Of a stretch of DNA of 64,000 nucleotides, positions 50,440-64,000 are shown piece after piece. A program made the translations under genes and the position numbers. This DNA is from Felis catus (lineage: Eukaryota), in assembly GCF_018350175.1 (NCBI RefSeq), contig NC_058368.1, positions 148,802,001-148,866,000 on the forward strand, in the 5' to 3' direction. The notes under the pieces are model-generated. The model ran no database searches. It was given only the letters and a program-made list of their open reading frames with translations, and was not told the origin of the DNA. Within the stretch, counting starts at the first letter, position 1. Every line of letters begins with the position of its first letter.

Positions 50440-53400
50440 AATAAATCATAATTAAAAACCAATCCAATATATATTGGAAGCTTACTTCAAATACAATATA
50501 AAATCCAATCAATGAGCACAACAAAGCACTGTTGTGCTCCTGCATCCCTCCAAAGGGTCTGCTTGTGTTGCTAACCCTGTATTGATCTTGCTATAAATGT
50601 AGTAAATGGGGATTTTCCACTTAAATATTTATTTTTAAATACAAATTTGGTAATCAACAGAATGTAACTTTGAAAGCTTCCATTCCAATTCACTTGTAGA
50701 TTTTTTTGCTGGGAATGGGAATGGTATTTATGGTTAAGATTTTCAGGCTTAAGGTTCAGATTTTTTTTTACACAGAAATGAAAATATCTTATTAAAATTC
50801 CAAGCATGGTAAGGGAGGAATTTACTGTTTTCTCTCATAATACAAAAAAAAATAACTCATAATTACATTCATTTAACAGATATTTTTAATTACCTGTCAC
50901 TAGTTCCACTCAAAATTTTTATTGTTTTCATGACATTTACAAAATTAAGTGAAAATAAAATTTGAGAATTGGATCAATTCTTTTTGTTAAAAAACACTGT
51001 TACAATTACTTTGGGTAAAATTTGCAGTAGTACAATTTAGTAATAGTAAGAATATGAGATTACATCTCTTCATGAAAAAAAGGCATTTACTAACTATTTC
51101 AACATAGTAAAAGAAACTGATTAGTAATAACTGAGACCCTTAAAATTTGCCATATCTTTCCGGCTATGGGAGTTGAATTTTCAGCATGAAATTACATTTA
51201 GCAGAATTTTCCCCAAGAGCAACCAACAAGATTTTCCCCAGATGCTATTTCAAAATTATTATGGATATGTATAGTAAAGACAACAAGATATATATGAATT
51301 TTAGATCTTTTGATTATGTTCTCTGTATTTTGACAAATGTTTTGTGCTCTGTGCCTTCAGATATTCTACTTTTTACCGTTAGAATTTGTTCAGGGAAAAG
51401 TCAGAGGAAAAAAAACTTGTTGGATTATGAGTATCATTAACTTTATTTATGGAATTTAGCTTTATTATAAATTGAGTTCCATTTTAAATTTTGTGAGTGT
51501 TGTAGACCTATTCCATATCAGTTGTCAATTTTTACACTGCTATAGCACGTTCTCATAAGCATACTTTATCACTGAATTGCCATATTTAAAATTCAAATTC
51601 TCATATTGCACTGGTGCTGGGAAAAAATATGTGAGACCATATGGATATGCAAATTACTGATTTATTGGCACTGGGTGTAAATAAAACATTGGGAGAGGTA
51701 ATAGAATGTATCAAACCTTCAACAACTCTTGAGTGCCTAGTCTTGTATTTTATCTTTTTTTGCACAAAGCTTTGCTAATTCCCATTAGGGTTGTTGACAC
51801 CAGATACACTAGAGAGGCAACGCTGCCTCTTAACACTGTTTTTTCAATTGCATGTGATTTTTATCGCCATAATAACATTATAAGGTGAGGACTCTGGCAC
51901 CTGAGCAACTGGTAATGGCTCATCTGTTATTTAGCCGTTAGGGAAAGTTAACTAACTCTGTCCCAACTCTAGCATCTTTCTAGGTACCCTATTCACACAG
52001 CTGATAGAATAACAAAATGTTCTGTACATAAATAACATTCTTATCTGCTTACTTTCTCTCTCTCTGTTCTTCTAAATCTTTATGCTAGTTCCTAAATTTA
52101 TTAATTTAAGCCACTTTATTTTTACCAACTAACCTTATTATCTTGTTATCCTCTCAATAAATAGCTCTTCTAAACATTTGCTGTTCACTCAACAATGAAC
52201 AGTTAAGTCAATGGATGAAAATTTTAGTTTCATTTCACAACAGTGGTGGTTTCTATATTTGCCTGTTTCTTTTACTTGAACAAAATGTTAAGGATGTTGC
52301 TCATTTGAACTATTGTAACTATAGTAACAAGTGAATTCATACAAATCACATCTATCCACCAAAGCCAGAAGACCACATAAATAACAGTTCACTCTGAGGC
52401 TATATCCTTAGTCTGACATAATTTCTCCTGCTCTGTAGCTGACCTGTGGCCCAGTGAAGGACCCCACACATCATTGAGAGAGTTATTAGTAGCCCATGAT
52501 CATAGCCATTAGGTTGCATATGGAAGCTAGGAAATGCTGCTTCTGAGATTATGACATCTCTCTGGAGAAAATCTATACCATTATAATTTTTATAGCTTCA
52601 CAGAATGGGATTATTACATGAATTAAAACAGTTACACTTTATTTGAATAGAACACTAAATTAACATTGAATTGCTGTAGAATTCTTATGAAAGTATGTGT
52701 GACACCCACATTAATTCCAAATGAATTCATTATGATTAGTGCTATTACAATGAATACAAATGAGTTAACAATGAAATGTCACTAAAAAAAAATGTTCGCA
52801 TTAAAATGTAGTAGGGGACACAAATACTGTTATATAGTATCCCAACTATTTTTGTCATTTTACAATTTTGTGCATATCCCCTAAATCCTAATAGCAAAGT
52901 TTAATAATATGTAATGTTTATTAGCACTATCAAAGAATTAATAATGGATGAAATATTGTCTTTAAGGTAATGATGTAAAGACTCTCTTCACTCTACATAT
53001 CCTAAACTTTTCTGAGCCTTTTAATTAAACCAGGAAAAAATTTTAATTGTTTTGCAGCTAAAATGTATTCCAACTGCAGGTAGCCATTCTTCAACCACAT
53101 GGTATGGCATCAGATATGGTAGATTGATGGACACCGCCATGTTTACTTTGTCACTCCTTAAGGTGCTGCTATTTCTCTGGCTCCCCTGCAATGAAATCCC
53201 AATTCAGTCTCCAGTCTATGTTGCCTCATATACTGATTTCCAGAACTATATTCTATGCATGTACCTGTTCAAGAGCAACATGCCCCTAAAGGCCAGTTCC
53301 CAGATGGCTGTACTTACTAACAAAAAACCAGAAATCAGTGAATTAAGATGTTCCTGATATTCTCCAGAGGTCCCTTTCCTGAAAGTTTTCAAAATCAATG

Positions 53401-53502
53401 AACAAGTTTATTTTCTCCATAACAGAATGAAAATTAATGAGTTAATAGTATTAAACCTTATAAAATAATAGCTATGAAAAATGCCTAGAGAAAAATAGCA
53501 TT

Positions 53503-53620
53503 TCTTCATTCACTAGGTCAATATTTATTGAAATCCACTATGTGCCAGACCCTGTCGGCAGGGACGTACTTGTTGACAAGAAAAAACACCTCTTACTCAT
53601 GGAGTTTATGGCATAGCAAG
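53503..53620 (-). mobile_element. L2 3' end remnant
   Basis: TTCATTCA...AATATTTATTGA...CACTATGTGCCAG. Confidence 0.65.
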
Positions 53621-55053
53621 AGTCCAATGGACCTCTCAACTATTCTTTACTCTGCTCAAATAACACTTTTTATTATAAGTAAAGTAACTGCATATCCTCT
53701 GTGCTATCTTTAAATCTTCCAGCATGACTTTATTGATTTATAATTTACATAATATCAGCAATTTCTTAATCACATAAGTTCATGTCCAAAGACATTGTTA
53801 CTGGAGAGAAATTATACATGACAAGTAATCTAAGAGGATGGTGTTATCCAATATTGGCAACCTTGTGACTGTTAATTTTTTACTTTACATCTTGTTATTC
53901 AAGTTTTTTTTCTGTTGTTCTTTGCCCTCAATGCTTCCAAGATATTCTAGTACTTAAGCAACGTAAGGTTAAATTGAAGGCTTGTTCAGCTTAATTTCAT
54001 TGTTTTTCACTCAGGTTAAAAATTGTGTTGGAGGGATAGGGGGTATGAAATTTTAAGTCTCCAGTTTAACACACTATGTCAAATACACAAAATTAAAAAA
54101 TATTTAAGTGTTTACACTAATATTAATTAATATTAACTGATATGTCAGCATCTCATGTTTTGTAGTTTCAAACCGTTACCTCTCGACTCATTCCTCCAGG
54201 CCCCCAGTCTCAGCAAGTTCACTTCACAAATATAATCAAGACCCATCAGTTATCCTCCACTAGGGGAAAAAAAATCTAGATGTGTACATCTAGTCTCCCA
54301 TTTGCCTTTAAAAGTCACATATTACCTCCAAAAAGCTTCTGTACCTATGATCTTGATCTTATCTCTGCATTTTCTGGGACGTTGCTTGAGAAGTAATCTT
54401 TATCCTGTATCCAGTCTCTCTTTCAACTCTGACATTCTAGAATTAGGATTATCAATAGATGATAAATAGGCAGATAGAGAGACTGAGAGATCATAGATAA
54501 GGGTAACAGGGTAGCAGAGAGGATACATGCATTTTAAGCTGGATTTTTTTTCTTTAATTACCAAGTTGAAATAAATGTATAAAAATATAAAAAAGTAACA
54601 ATTATAAAATATGTAGATCTTACCAAGTTTGAATTTAGTATGTCTGTTCAATTTATGTTGGTTTCCTAGGAAACAGATGATGTTAACAATTAATATACCA
54701 ACGCAGTATAGTATTACTTGTGAAATATGCCATCAACTATGTGTAAGGTTCATAGCAATTACTTTTTTGTTATGTTAGAAAAGTTGCATTTTAGGTTTTT
54801 TCTAACTATAGGGGGCAAGAAAAATCACTGCACTGTGAAAAAAAAGTACCCAATAGAATCAACTGTAGGACTTTTTGGACATCTTGTTTAATGAATTCTC
54901 TCCAAAAAAAAAAAATGCAAATAACATGTGGTATCTTAGTGACATCACCACTGAACTTTTAAACTAGAAATAACTATTTAGTTGATCCATTCCAGATTCT
55001 CGGTGAATCTCTAGAATAAGCAAGAAATTTAAGATAAATTTTAAAAGCATTTT

Positions 55054-55704
55054 TTAAACTTAAATTTTAATTAACCTGTTTTAGTTAATATGTAATATTG
55101 GTTTCAGGAGTAAAATTCAGTGATTCATCGCTTACATACAACACACAGTGCTCATCACAAGTGTCCTTTTTAATACCCATCACCTATCTAGACCATCTCC
55201 CACCCACCTCCCTCTGTGAACGCTCAATTTGTTCTCTGTCATTAAGAGTCTTTTGTGGTTTGTTTCCCTCTTTTCTCTCCGCTGCCCCCCCTTCCCGTGT
55301 ACTCATCCTTTTTGTTTCTTGTATTCCACGTATCGGTGAAATCATATGGTATTTGTCTTTCTCTGATTGACTTATTTCACTTAGCATAGTACATTCTAGC
55401 TCCATCCATGTCATTGCAAATGGCAGTATTTCATTCTTTTTGATGGCTGAGTAATATCACTCATCATCTGGGAAATATAAATCAAAACCATGATGAGATA
55501 TCACCTCACACCTGCCAGAATGGCTAAAATCAACAACATAAGAAACAATGGGTATTGGCAAGGATGTGGAGAAATGGGAGCCTTCTGATTTGAAGGGTTA
55601 AATGCACTCCAATGTTTATAGCAGTGTTATAAACAATAGTCAACCTATGGAGAGAGCCCAAATGTCCATTGACTAATGAATGGACAAAGAAGATGTGATA
55701 TATA
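55054..55704 (-). mobile_element. 5'-inverted (twin-primed) L1 insertion
   Basis: Minus-strand 3' end at 55054-55457, plus-strand upstream ORF2 piece at 55458-55704, TSD TAAAAGCATTTT (55042-55053 and 55705-55716). Confidence 0.9.
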
Positions 55705-56817
55705 TAAAAGCATTTTGGTGAATTTGAAGTGCCAGTAAAGTGGAAATCCCAATAAACTGGTTGTCTAAATTAAAGTCTCTGCTCTAAACTACTTCCCACT
55801 GTATCCTTGAAAATGCATTTACCCTTATAACCCTAAAATTGTCTACCAGATGATCTCTAAAATATATATTTAATATATATTAACTCATTATATAATATAT
55901 TTTATATGAAGTATATATTACATATATACATGATTACAGATCTACTTGTAGATTATACGCTATGGTTCTCAATCTTTTGTCTTTCTATACTTCTGACTTC
56001 AATATGACATATACAGAGAATTGGTTGCCTCTTAGTGTCATGACAAAAGAACGTTCCATTCAAAATCACATAGCCAAGTAAAACTAGCTGTATAACAGGG
56101 ATTCCAACATCTAATATCAGTTGATAAGATACATTAGTTTCATACTGATAAGTAAAATTTACCAGTTTAGAAGATCTGTCATGTTCACAAAAGAAGATAC
56201 TTAATACCCCAAATTGTTTTCACACATCAAGATCTGTGATATGAGAGATTCTTCTTTGTGATTTTATGGAATATGATGACTGCTTATGACTGTAAGGGAT
56301 GTTGTACTTGTGGTTGGAAAAAGAAAGGGAGGGCGATAAATCTAAAAATTACAAGGGAATAAGGGAAGAGAGAACACAGAATGCTTTCCGTCTCTAGTGG
56401 GACAGAGGAACTTTAGGGGAATAGATTTTAGCTTTTATCAAGAGAAAGGCTGAAGACTTAGTTGCATAGGCCATTTTCATGAAGGATCTTATGAGACATG
56501 AAGAATAGAGTTCTCAGCAGTTTATTATGGAAAAATACTGGTAGCAATGGCAGATCAAAGTGCTCCTTCAAAGACCTTGTAATAAAGAAGTCTATGAAGG
56601 AACCATGTTAAAATATTGTGAAGAGTTTTCTGAAATGGCTGAAAAAAAAAACCCATAAATATAGTCAAAGGGTATTGGATAATTGAGTAGAAGTTCAAGT
56701 TTGGCAGCTATGAATCAATTTTTACTAACAATGTTACCAAATTTCTTTTTGGCACCTATTGACACATTGTGGTTAAATATTACAATGGAGTATTATAATA
56801 AAAATAATAATATGACA

Positions 56818-57032
56818 ATTAAAAAAATGTTTATTTTTGAGAGATAAAGAGAGAGCATGAGTAGAAAAGGGGCAGAGAGAGAGGGAGAAAGAGAATCTCA
56901 AGCAGGCTCAATGCTGTCAGTGCAGAGCCCAACATGGGGCTTGATCTCAATCAGTCTCATGAACCATGAGACCATGACCTGAGCTGACATCAAAAGTCAG
57001 ATGCTCAGTTTACTGAGCCACCTACATGCCCC
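56818..57032 (-). mobile_element. Can-SINE
   Basis: TSD ATAATATGACA. Confidence 0.95.
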
Positions 57033-57189
57033 ATAATATGACATTTGATTATAATTCTGCTAGTCCATTTAGAATCTTTGCATGTGTAGTTATAAATAGT
57101 TTGATATTTAATTTTATTTATGCTCTCTTTTTAGTATCAGATCTAAGCTTTAGTATCATATCTAGAATTATCTTATGATTTTTAAATTG

Positions 57190-57320
57190 GTGGGCTCCAG
57201 ATTCAGACTGCCTACATTAAAATCCCAGCTTTAATACTAAATGTACAACACAAAAATTATGCATAATTTTTCTGTCTAGAATTTCTTATATGTAAAATAC
57301 TGATTATAATCATATTTTAG
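57190..57320 (+). mobile_element. MIR remnant
   Basis: GGGCTCCAGATTCAGACTGCC...AAATCCCAGCT...TTTCTTATATGTAAAAT. Confidence 0.6.
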
Positions 57321-60300
57321 TATAAATGTTCTTATTACTTTAGTAACTTAATGCTATTATTTAGTACAAAGTTGAGAGGAAAAATAAGAAGAGATATGGA
57401 AGGGGTTAGTGAAATACCTGAAAATATTAATGGCTCAGAAAATATTATAAGTAACCATATAGGTTGTACTTTGAGTTAAATACATCAGGACACTTCCTGC
57501 TTTTTATTATTCTAGAGCAACGAAATTTTATATAGCGCTTAATTTCTTAAGGTATTACATAAGATAGTAGCAGGAATTTATGATGTTAATAAAAGAAGGT
57601 TCTTACCCTCAAGAAAATTTAAACCTAACTGTTTCTGTATACTGAAAAGACAGGGAAATTGATATGTAAATAGCAGATTACGATATATGACAGAATGTTT
57701 TAAAAATGTCAGAGTATAAAGAAAAATCATGAGTTCAAAGAATAAAACTATAAAGCTGCAGTTATAATGGGAACTAAATTCTGTTTCTTTCTTAATAATA
57801 CAAAGTTGATTATTTTTGAATAGGATGGAATGTTTGATAATTGGAAATATTTTAGGATCATCATAGCAATATCCAATATGAAAACAGAAAATATTCAACT
57901 CCTTTTGCCATCAACTGGATAAATAATTCCAGCACCCTCCCTCTCTGCCATCATTCTAATTTTCTGATTAGGGTAACTGACCAATTCAAACAAAACACTT
58001 GAAATTATAGTATTTAACTATAATAACACATACAAACACATATTGGTTTACCTAGGTATCAAAATTTAAGGTTACACAATATCACTGAAGGAGATGGGCA
58101 TGGCAAAAGAGCATAACTTAACTAAAAATTTGACCCCAAATCATCTATGAACAACACAGTAGGTATGGCTCCTGGTTCCTGAGTGTATGGTTAGAATAAT
58201 GTCCCAGAATATCTGACAAATTCTTACAGATTGAGAACTCTAATCATGGAAGGGACCAAAAGGGATCACAGATTGTGTTAGAACAGACACGAGCAAAGCA
58301 CAGGAATATTTATTCTTCTCCCAGCACCATTTAATTATCTATTTTTATCAGAAATAAAATGTACAGAAGGATAATAGTTTCTTTCTTGGGACTCTTCGAA
58401 ATACGGTCTTTTTACTGAAGTAAATGGATATTCTGATATCTGCTATATAGAGATTCATTTAGTAAATATTTTTTTATTCTCACGATGAGCAAAAATACCA
58501 TGGCTTTAATCTGACAACAACTTTAGTTTATATTGACTGTCTTCCCTCCTGGACATATAAATTATCTGGCTCTGTATCACAATCAAATCCATCAAGAAAA
58601 TTGACCATCTCACCATCTTCACAACTGAATGTTAATTTTCTACTTTAATGGTATCATTTACATTGGCCTGAAAACAAGAAATTTCTATACACCTTATGAG
58701 ATGTATGCTTTTCATAATATATGAGACAAATCTCACATTTATCTATCATCTCAATAATAATTATGCATTCTAATAGTTTGGAGTATGTCAAGATATCATT
58801 TCAAATGATGGTTATTAGAAACTACTCTCTACCATTTAGAAAGTAGTATAATCCTTGATTAATTTCTTATAGTTTATTGTACTTCTCCGAGTTTATATGG
58901 GTGATACAGAATCTTTTGACTTTAAACAGATCCAAGGCAAAGGGAAAAAATATATATTTCCAACTTTATAGGCTGCATGGAAAACAGTTCTGTCACTTGG
59001 ACATTTTGATAATTGAAATTATGATACACTCTAATAGGAAACTTAATGTGGAGGCCCTATGGTTTTAGAGTAAAGACATTTCTCTTTGGAAAATACCAAT
59101 TCTTTTGAAAAACATACTTTGGATTCTAACTGGACATGGGTGGAGACTAAAACTATAGGACACCAGGTGATAATCAAAATAAAGATGACCTTAGAGTTAT
59201 TTTATCATTTAGTCATTAAGTCTTTTTTTGACTCCTTCATTAATTGAATTTGGTATCTAGCAGATCACACCAAGTAAACCTTGAATACGCATGTAAGTTA
59301 AATGAATAGGATATTAATATTCTCAGAATACCAAACTTAGTTAATTTTCTAATTGCCCAATAATCTTGCACTAGCCATTTAGAAATCTGATGTAGAATTT
59401 AAGTGTCTTTTTTAAGCAGAAGAGAGAATGAGGAAATTCATGTAAGAGTCTTCAGCAGTACGTCTCATTTTTTCGTAATGCCTTGAAACCGAGATAAGCT
59501 TGAGGTGAGGATCTATACTAATTATATTTGGCAAGATATCTCAGATTTAGAAGTATTATTGTTAAGTGACCAGGAGATTTTGGGAAAAGCATGTGAATGG
59601 ATAGATTTTTAAAATTTTCTCAGAATCAGAAAATACTGGGTTGTCATCAAAGCCCTCCCCTGTGAAAGATTTCATAATGAGATGGAAAAGATGACCTATT
59701 TCATGCATAAAAGATTATACCACAGTTTCTAAAGGTATAGATCAATGTGGTCATGAAAAATTATGACTAAGGTATTATGGAGGCAAGTCATGAGTTCAAC
59801 AAGATGAATTTTACCTTGCAAAGGTTATCATATTTACCGTTACTGCAAATTGTCTCATTCCAACAGCAATAATTAGTCCTGAGTATCTCATCTAGGTGAG
59901 TAGACAAACAGCAGCTTATCCATTGGTAATCTTTTTCCTCACAGAGGGAGGGATATTTTTTTATTCAAAATCTAGATTTCATTTTGCTTTCCTTGACTCT
60001 AATACGTCTACCCAAATCAACAAATGTTATTAAAAATATATCTTGTTTTGACATGGCATATAAATTAAGCTTTTATATGTGAAAAATATTTAGCTTTAAA
60101 CAAAAGAAAAGATATACATTGATATGGAATTCACTAGAATTATCATACATCAACCCAGATCACCAATCTGGTTTTACAGAACAGAGGAATGGCTTATTAA
60201 AAAAAAAAATATTTTAGAAAATGTGGTTAATTAGATAGATTATATATTCTGATATGGCATCTAGTAAAAATACCAAGGATTAATGAAATAAAATAAAATT

Positions 60301-60358
60301 ATTTTACACACATAGCTGAGCTCGCAAATAATTGAGGCATATTGTCAGTAGCAGTTTA

Positions 60359-60396
<38 letters not shown>

Positions 60397-60673
60397 GGGA
60401 CCGGAGTTTGTAAGCCAATGTGTTAAACTGAGATAAGTATTACAGCTGCCCTAAGTGTAGTTGACAATTTGGGTAACCAGGATGCTAGTGTTTTAATGGT
60501 AAATGTAGCAACAAGGTCTTGGAAACATGCAAGTTGGGAAGTTTTTACTGAGTAGCCATGTATAGCCCAGATCTGTGAAAGATTACCCATCTCAATGAAA
60601 CATGAACAATGACAAAAAAGTCCCCATCCTCTAGATACTAGCTACTGATTCATAAAAGACACTATATATACAT

Positions 60674-60866
60674 AAGTTTATTTACCTATTTTGAGAGAAG
60701 GGGGGTAGGAGGGGCAGAGAGGGAAGGAGAGAGAGAGAATCCCAAGCAGTCTCTCCACTGTCAGCACAGAGCCCAATCGGTGCTCGAACTCAAGAATATG
60801 ATATCATGACCTGAGAGGAAATCGAGAGTCTCATGCTGTCAATTGACTAAGCCACCCAGGTGACCC
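60674..60866 (-). mobile_element. Can-SINE
   Basis: Reverse SINE body. Confidence 0.92.
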
Positions 60867-61428
60867 AAGACTCCAACATATTTATAAAAATGTGAGTTCC
60901 TAGTCTCCTCAAAATATATTACAAATTATATTGAGTTTGTAAGATGGCCCAGATGTTGCCATTTTTCTTAATAAAATAATATGTGTTCCACTTTTTACCT
61001 CTCAAGGAAACCTGCCAGAGTTCTAATGATCCATCTTGTTACTAGCTTTAGCAGTAATGAACTTTCTCCCTTTCATGCTCAGTGTGGGTTCACATCTGTA
61101 TAAATGTTATCTGAAAGATAGCAGAAACTCCTGCCAGCCCAGGTTGGCAAGGGAATTTTCCTATCCAGAAGAGAGATAGAAACCATCAGAACACCATTTG
61201 GATAACTGTCCTCAACCCAGTTCTCAGTACTTGGCCTGCAACTCTCTCCCCAATTCTTTCCCATTATCATGTAATAAAGTGAAGGACTTTTTACTTTCCA
61301 ACAGACCATAAAATTTGGTGAAAATGTCCTTTACTACTTGCTAGCGACTTACCTCAGATCATCCCATGGGATTACTATACTTCTTCAAAGCCATGTCTCT
61401 GTCACCTTCCCATTCTTATCACCTAAAC

Positions 61429-61882
61429 TGTCAAGAGCTTAGAAGGTTCTAAGATTTAATCCTATTTTCAAGCTAACAAATAAATGTCAGGTTTTTAGAT
61501 GCTGCCAGAAGACAGGAAACTCCAACGTCAGGGACAAAGGATTGTCTTATTCACAACACATTACACTTTTGAACTTCAGCATATTTGATTCAGTTTCCCT
61601 CACCTTGATGTCCCACCAGGGTGATGTATAGGGACCTAGAAACATGCCAGCATATTCAGTGGGTTGCACTACAGGAAAAGAACCCTGAGTTTAGGAACCT
61701 TTATCATTTTATAACGGGCAGTACGTGTTCCTACCCTGTGCTCTTTGAGAGATACAGTGCTTCTATCTTCCAAAGGTATTCACTACACATTTTGGAAAAG
61801 ATATTCTGGGACAATGACACTTAGTGCCTCTGATTCCAAAACACAGAAAAACAAGAAACCCATGGAGAATTGTCTCCTAACA
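61429..61882 (-). mobile_element. ERVL solo LTR (LTR40-like)
   Basis: Minus-strand start TGTTAGGAGACAATTCTCCATGGG, internal GGTTCCTAAACTCAGGGTTC, ends ...TTGACA. Confidence 0.75.
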
Positions 61883-62151
61883 TGTAGGCAATGAAAACAT
61901 GCACATATAAAGCACAACAAAAATGTACAAGGAATGCACGTACACATACAAAACTAGCATCTTCATATTGGGGCCCTGCTTGATACTATATGCCCCCCCC
62001 CTCCATTTAGAGATATGTTTTATTTGGGTACAGACTTATCTGTGATGTGTAGTGCATATATGCTGCTCCTAAGTTAATCACCAAAATGAATTTTTCCCTT
62101 TTATTTTCTCTGAATATATTCATTGAGTTAAATTATGTTCCAAAGAATTTA

Positions 62152-62366
62152 GGGACGCCTGATCGGCTCAGTCGGTTAAATGTCTGACTTCGGCTCAGGT
62201 CATGATCTCAGAGTTCTTGAGTTCGAGCCCCACGTCGGGCTCTGTGCTAACAGCTCAGAGCCTGGAGCCTGTTTCAGATTCTGTGTCTCCCTCTCTCTCT
62301 GCCCTTCCCCTGTTCACGTTCTGTCTCTGTCTCAAGAATAAATAAACATTAAAAAAAACCATTTTT
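62152..62366 (+). mobile_element. Can-SINE
   Basis: TSD CAAAGAATTTA. Confidence 0.96.
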
Positions 62367-63706
62367 CAAAGAATTTAAACTATTCACCAAGTTATCTAAA
62401 CAGTGCAATGAAATGATATATTTTCAGTAATTTAACTTTACTCTGTATCCTTCAAAGTGTAAGTAGATAAATTAGACCAAGAATTAGAGACTTCAGTTTT
62501 CTCTTTGTTCTTCAGATGGAGATTAAGAGGAGTGAAGAGTAATGGCTATTTTCTTTTTGGAAGTCAAATATTTCATAAGTCCCAGGATTCCCTATATAAC
62601 TGAAATAATAGTGTCTTTCTAAAATAAGTTGTGCCACAGTGTATTTCTACTTGCCAATCTCATAAGGATAGGCTTCATGCTGTGAATTCAACTCAAACAT
62701 AAGTGGTATGCGGGACACTTCAGCACAGTCACATAGCTAAGAACCAATTTCACAGTCGGAATTAAATGTTTCCTTTTAATGGTAATGAAATATGTACGTG
62801 ATTACTATCATTTTTGGTAGTAAAATGTAGATTTTCAGCAGGAGGACAAAAGGATACTGTTTTTAATAAATTTAGTAGCTTTTGGCACCAAATGAACTAA
62901 TAATTTTACATTGGATTTAGATAAAGTCTACTATCTCTTATGACTATTCTAATGTTGTTGACATTCTGCTTATTTAATATGTATGAATTATATAGCTGTA
63001 TCCCCAAACATAGTTTATCTTTGATTCATTTGATTATTCACTTGACTTGGTATTATACTTTTCCAAATTATTTTTTTTCTGGTATAGTTAAAATATTTTC
63101 ACTATTTAGCAATAGCACATTTTAATTTACTCATTTATAACCAACTACTACACACACTAAAAAATGAAACTTTTGAGATGTCTTTAAGTTTAAGTAATTA
63201 TTGTATTTTCATTGGTGGGGCAGGCAATAAAATCTCATCTTTCTCTCAAGGTCAAAAATAAATAAGAATCAAGATAACAGAGGGAGATCGAAATGTTAGA
63301 CTTAAGGATAAAATTTATTACAGAATGTGGTTTTAAATACATGGTCAATGAGACTTTTAATCATACAGAGGTGCTTTTTGGTCACCAGAGAAGTTGAACA
63401 ATTGCAGGGTATTCCCATACGATGAGAACTGGCCCTATTCTTACCATATAGTGGAGTGTTGACTAGGCTTTGCTCTTTCTGTGGGCCAACAGACCTGAAA
63501 ATAAGAAGCGTAGAAGTGGCTGAGCCAACTAGCATTAGTTCCTTATTAGAAATTCACCATCAGGGAGGAGTAAATTAGTAGTGGAAAGAGCTATTAACCT
63601 GGACCTTCTCCCTAGGAAACACGGGGCTATTAGAAAGGAGGCTCATGTAGCAGACAAGTTTTAGCAATTCCATCTAAATGAAAGAAAACTAGTTAAGATG
63701 TCAAAA

Positions 63707-63755
63707 GAGTTTGTAACTAACTAGCTTTTACATGAGTTTGTAACTAACTAGCTTT
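63707..63755. repeat. 22-bp direct repeat (27-bp period)
   Basis: GAGTTTGTAACTAACTAGCTTT at 63707 and 63734. Confidence 0.95.
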
Positions 63756-63966
63756 GTGGTTTTGCCAAATTATAACTCATTATGTTAACTATTTATCTTT
63801 TAAAACAGATATAACAGTACATGTTCTACCCATCACAGCACATTTCCTACTGGTTTATTAGTAAAATAAAGTTGTATATGTTATACACAATAGTGCATTG
63901 GTTTCTTGCATATAGGTCTTATGTCCAAGATTGAAGCTGCCAATATTGCATAGAAGTAATCATGCA

Positions 63967-64000
63967 GGAGTGCCTGGGTGACTCAGGCGGTTGAGCATCC
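63967..64000 (+). mobile_element. Can-SINE head (cut by the window end)
   Basis: GGAGTGCCTGGGTGACTCAGGCGGTTGAGCATCC. Confidence 0.88.

Noticed and set aside
60939..61320. Possible additional old LTR
   Set aside because: No clear CA terminus, TSD or family match.
63707..63755. Direct repeats as a CRISPR-like array
   Set aside because: Only two copies with a 5-nt spacer in mammalian DNA; a simple duplication.

Overview
AT-rich mammalian genomic DNA from a felid (cat lineage), identified by about 24 tRNA-derived Can-SINEs, three of them young SINEC_Fc-type copies, and by felid/carnivore LINE-1s. I can support no host protein-coding gene, rRNA, tRNA or CRISPR array. The long ORFs all lie in L1 (ORF1/ORF2 remnants or 5'UTR antisense frames), in a fossil hAT transposase, or in simple repeats. 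The window looks intergenic or deep-intronic. Main features: (1) a full-length 7.25-kb minus-strand L1 with a perfect 16-bp TSD and decayed ORFs (18598-25846); (2) two L1s that keep their 5' end but jump straight into mid-ORF2 (9724-12376 and 35111-37650; the latter may be spliced); (3) a twin-primed, 5'-inverted L1 (55054-55704); (4) a ~2.2-kb hAT/Blackjack transposon fossil (28126-30355); (5) five solo LTRs; (6) a ~260-bp palindromic AT-rich repeat (44769-45030). I did not find a convincing novel protein-coding system. The interesting signals concern retrotransposition mechanism and DNA structure. Repeat family names come from my recall of consensus sequences, not from a database search.
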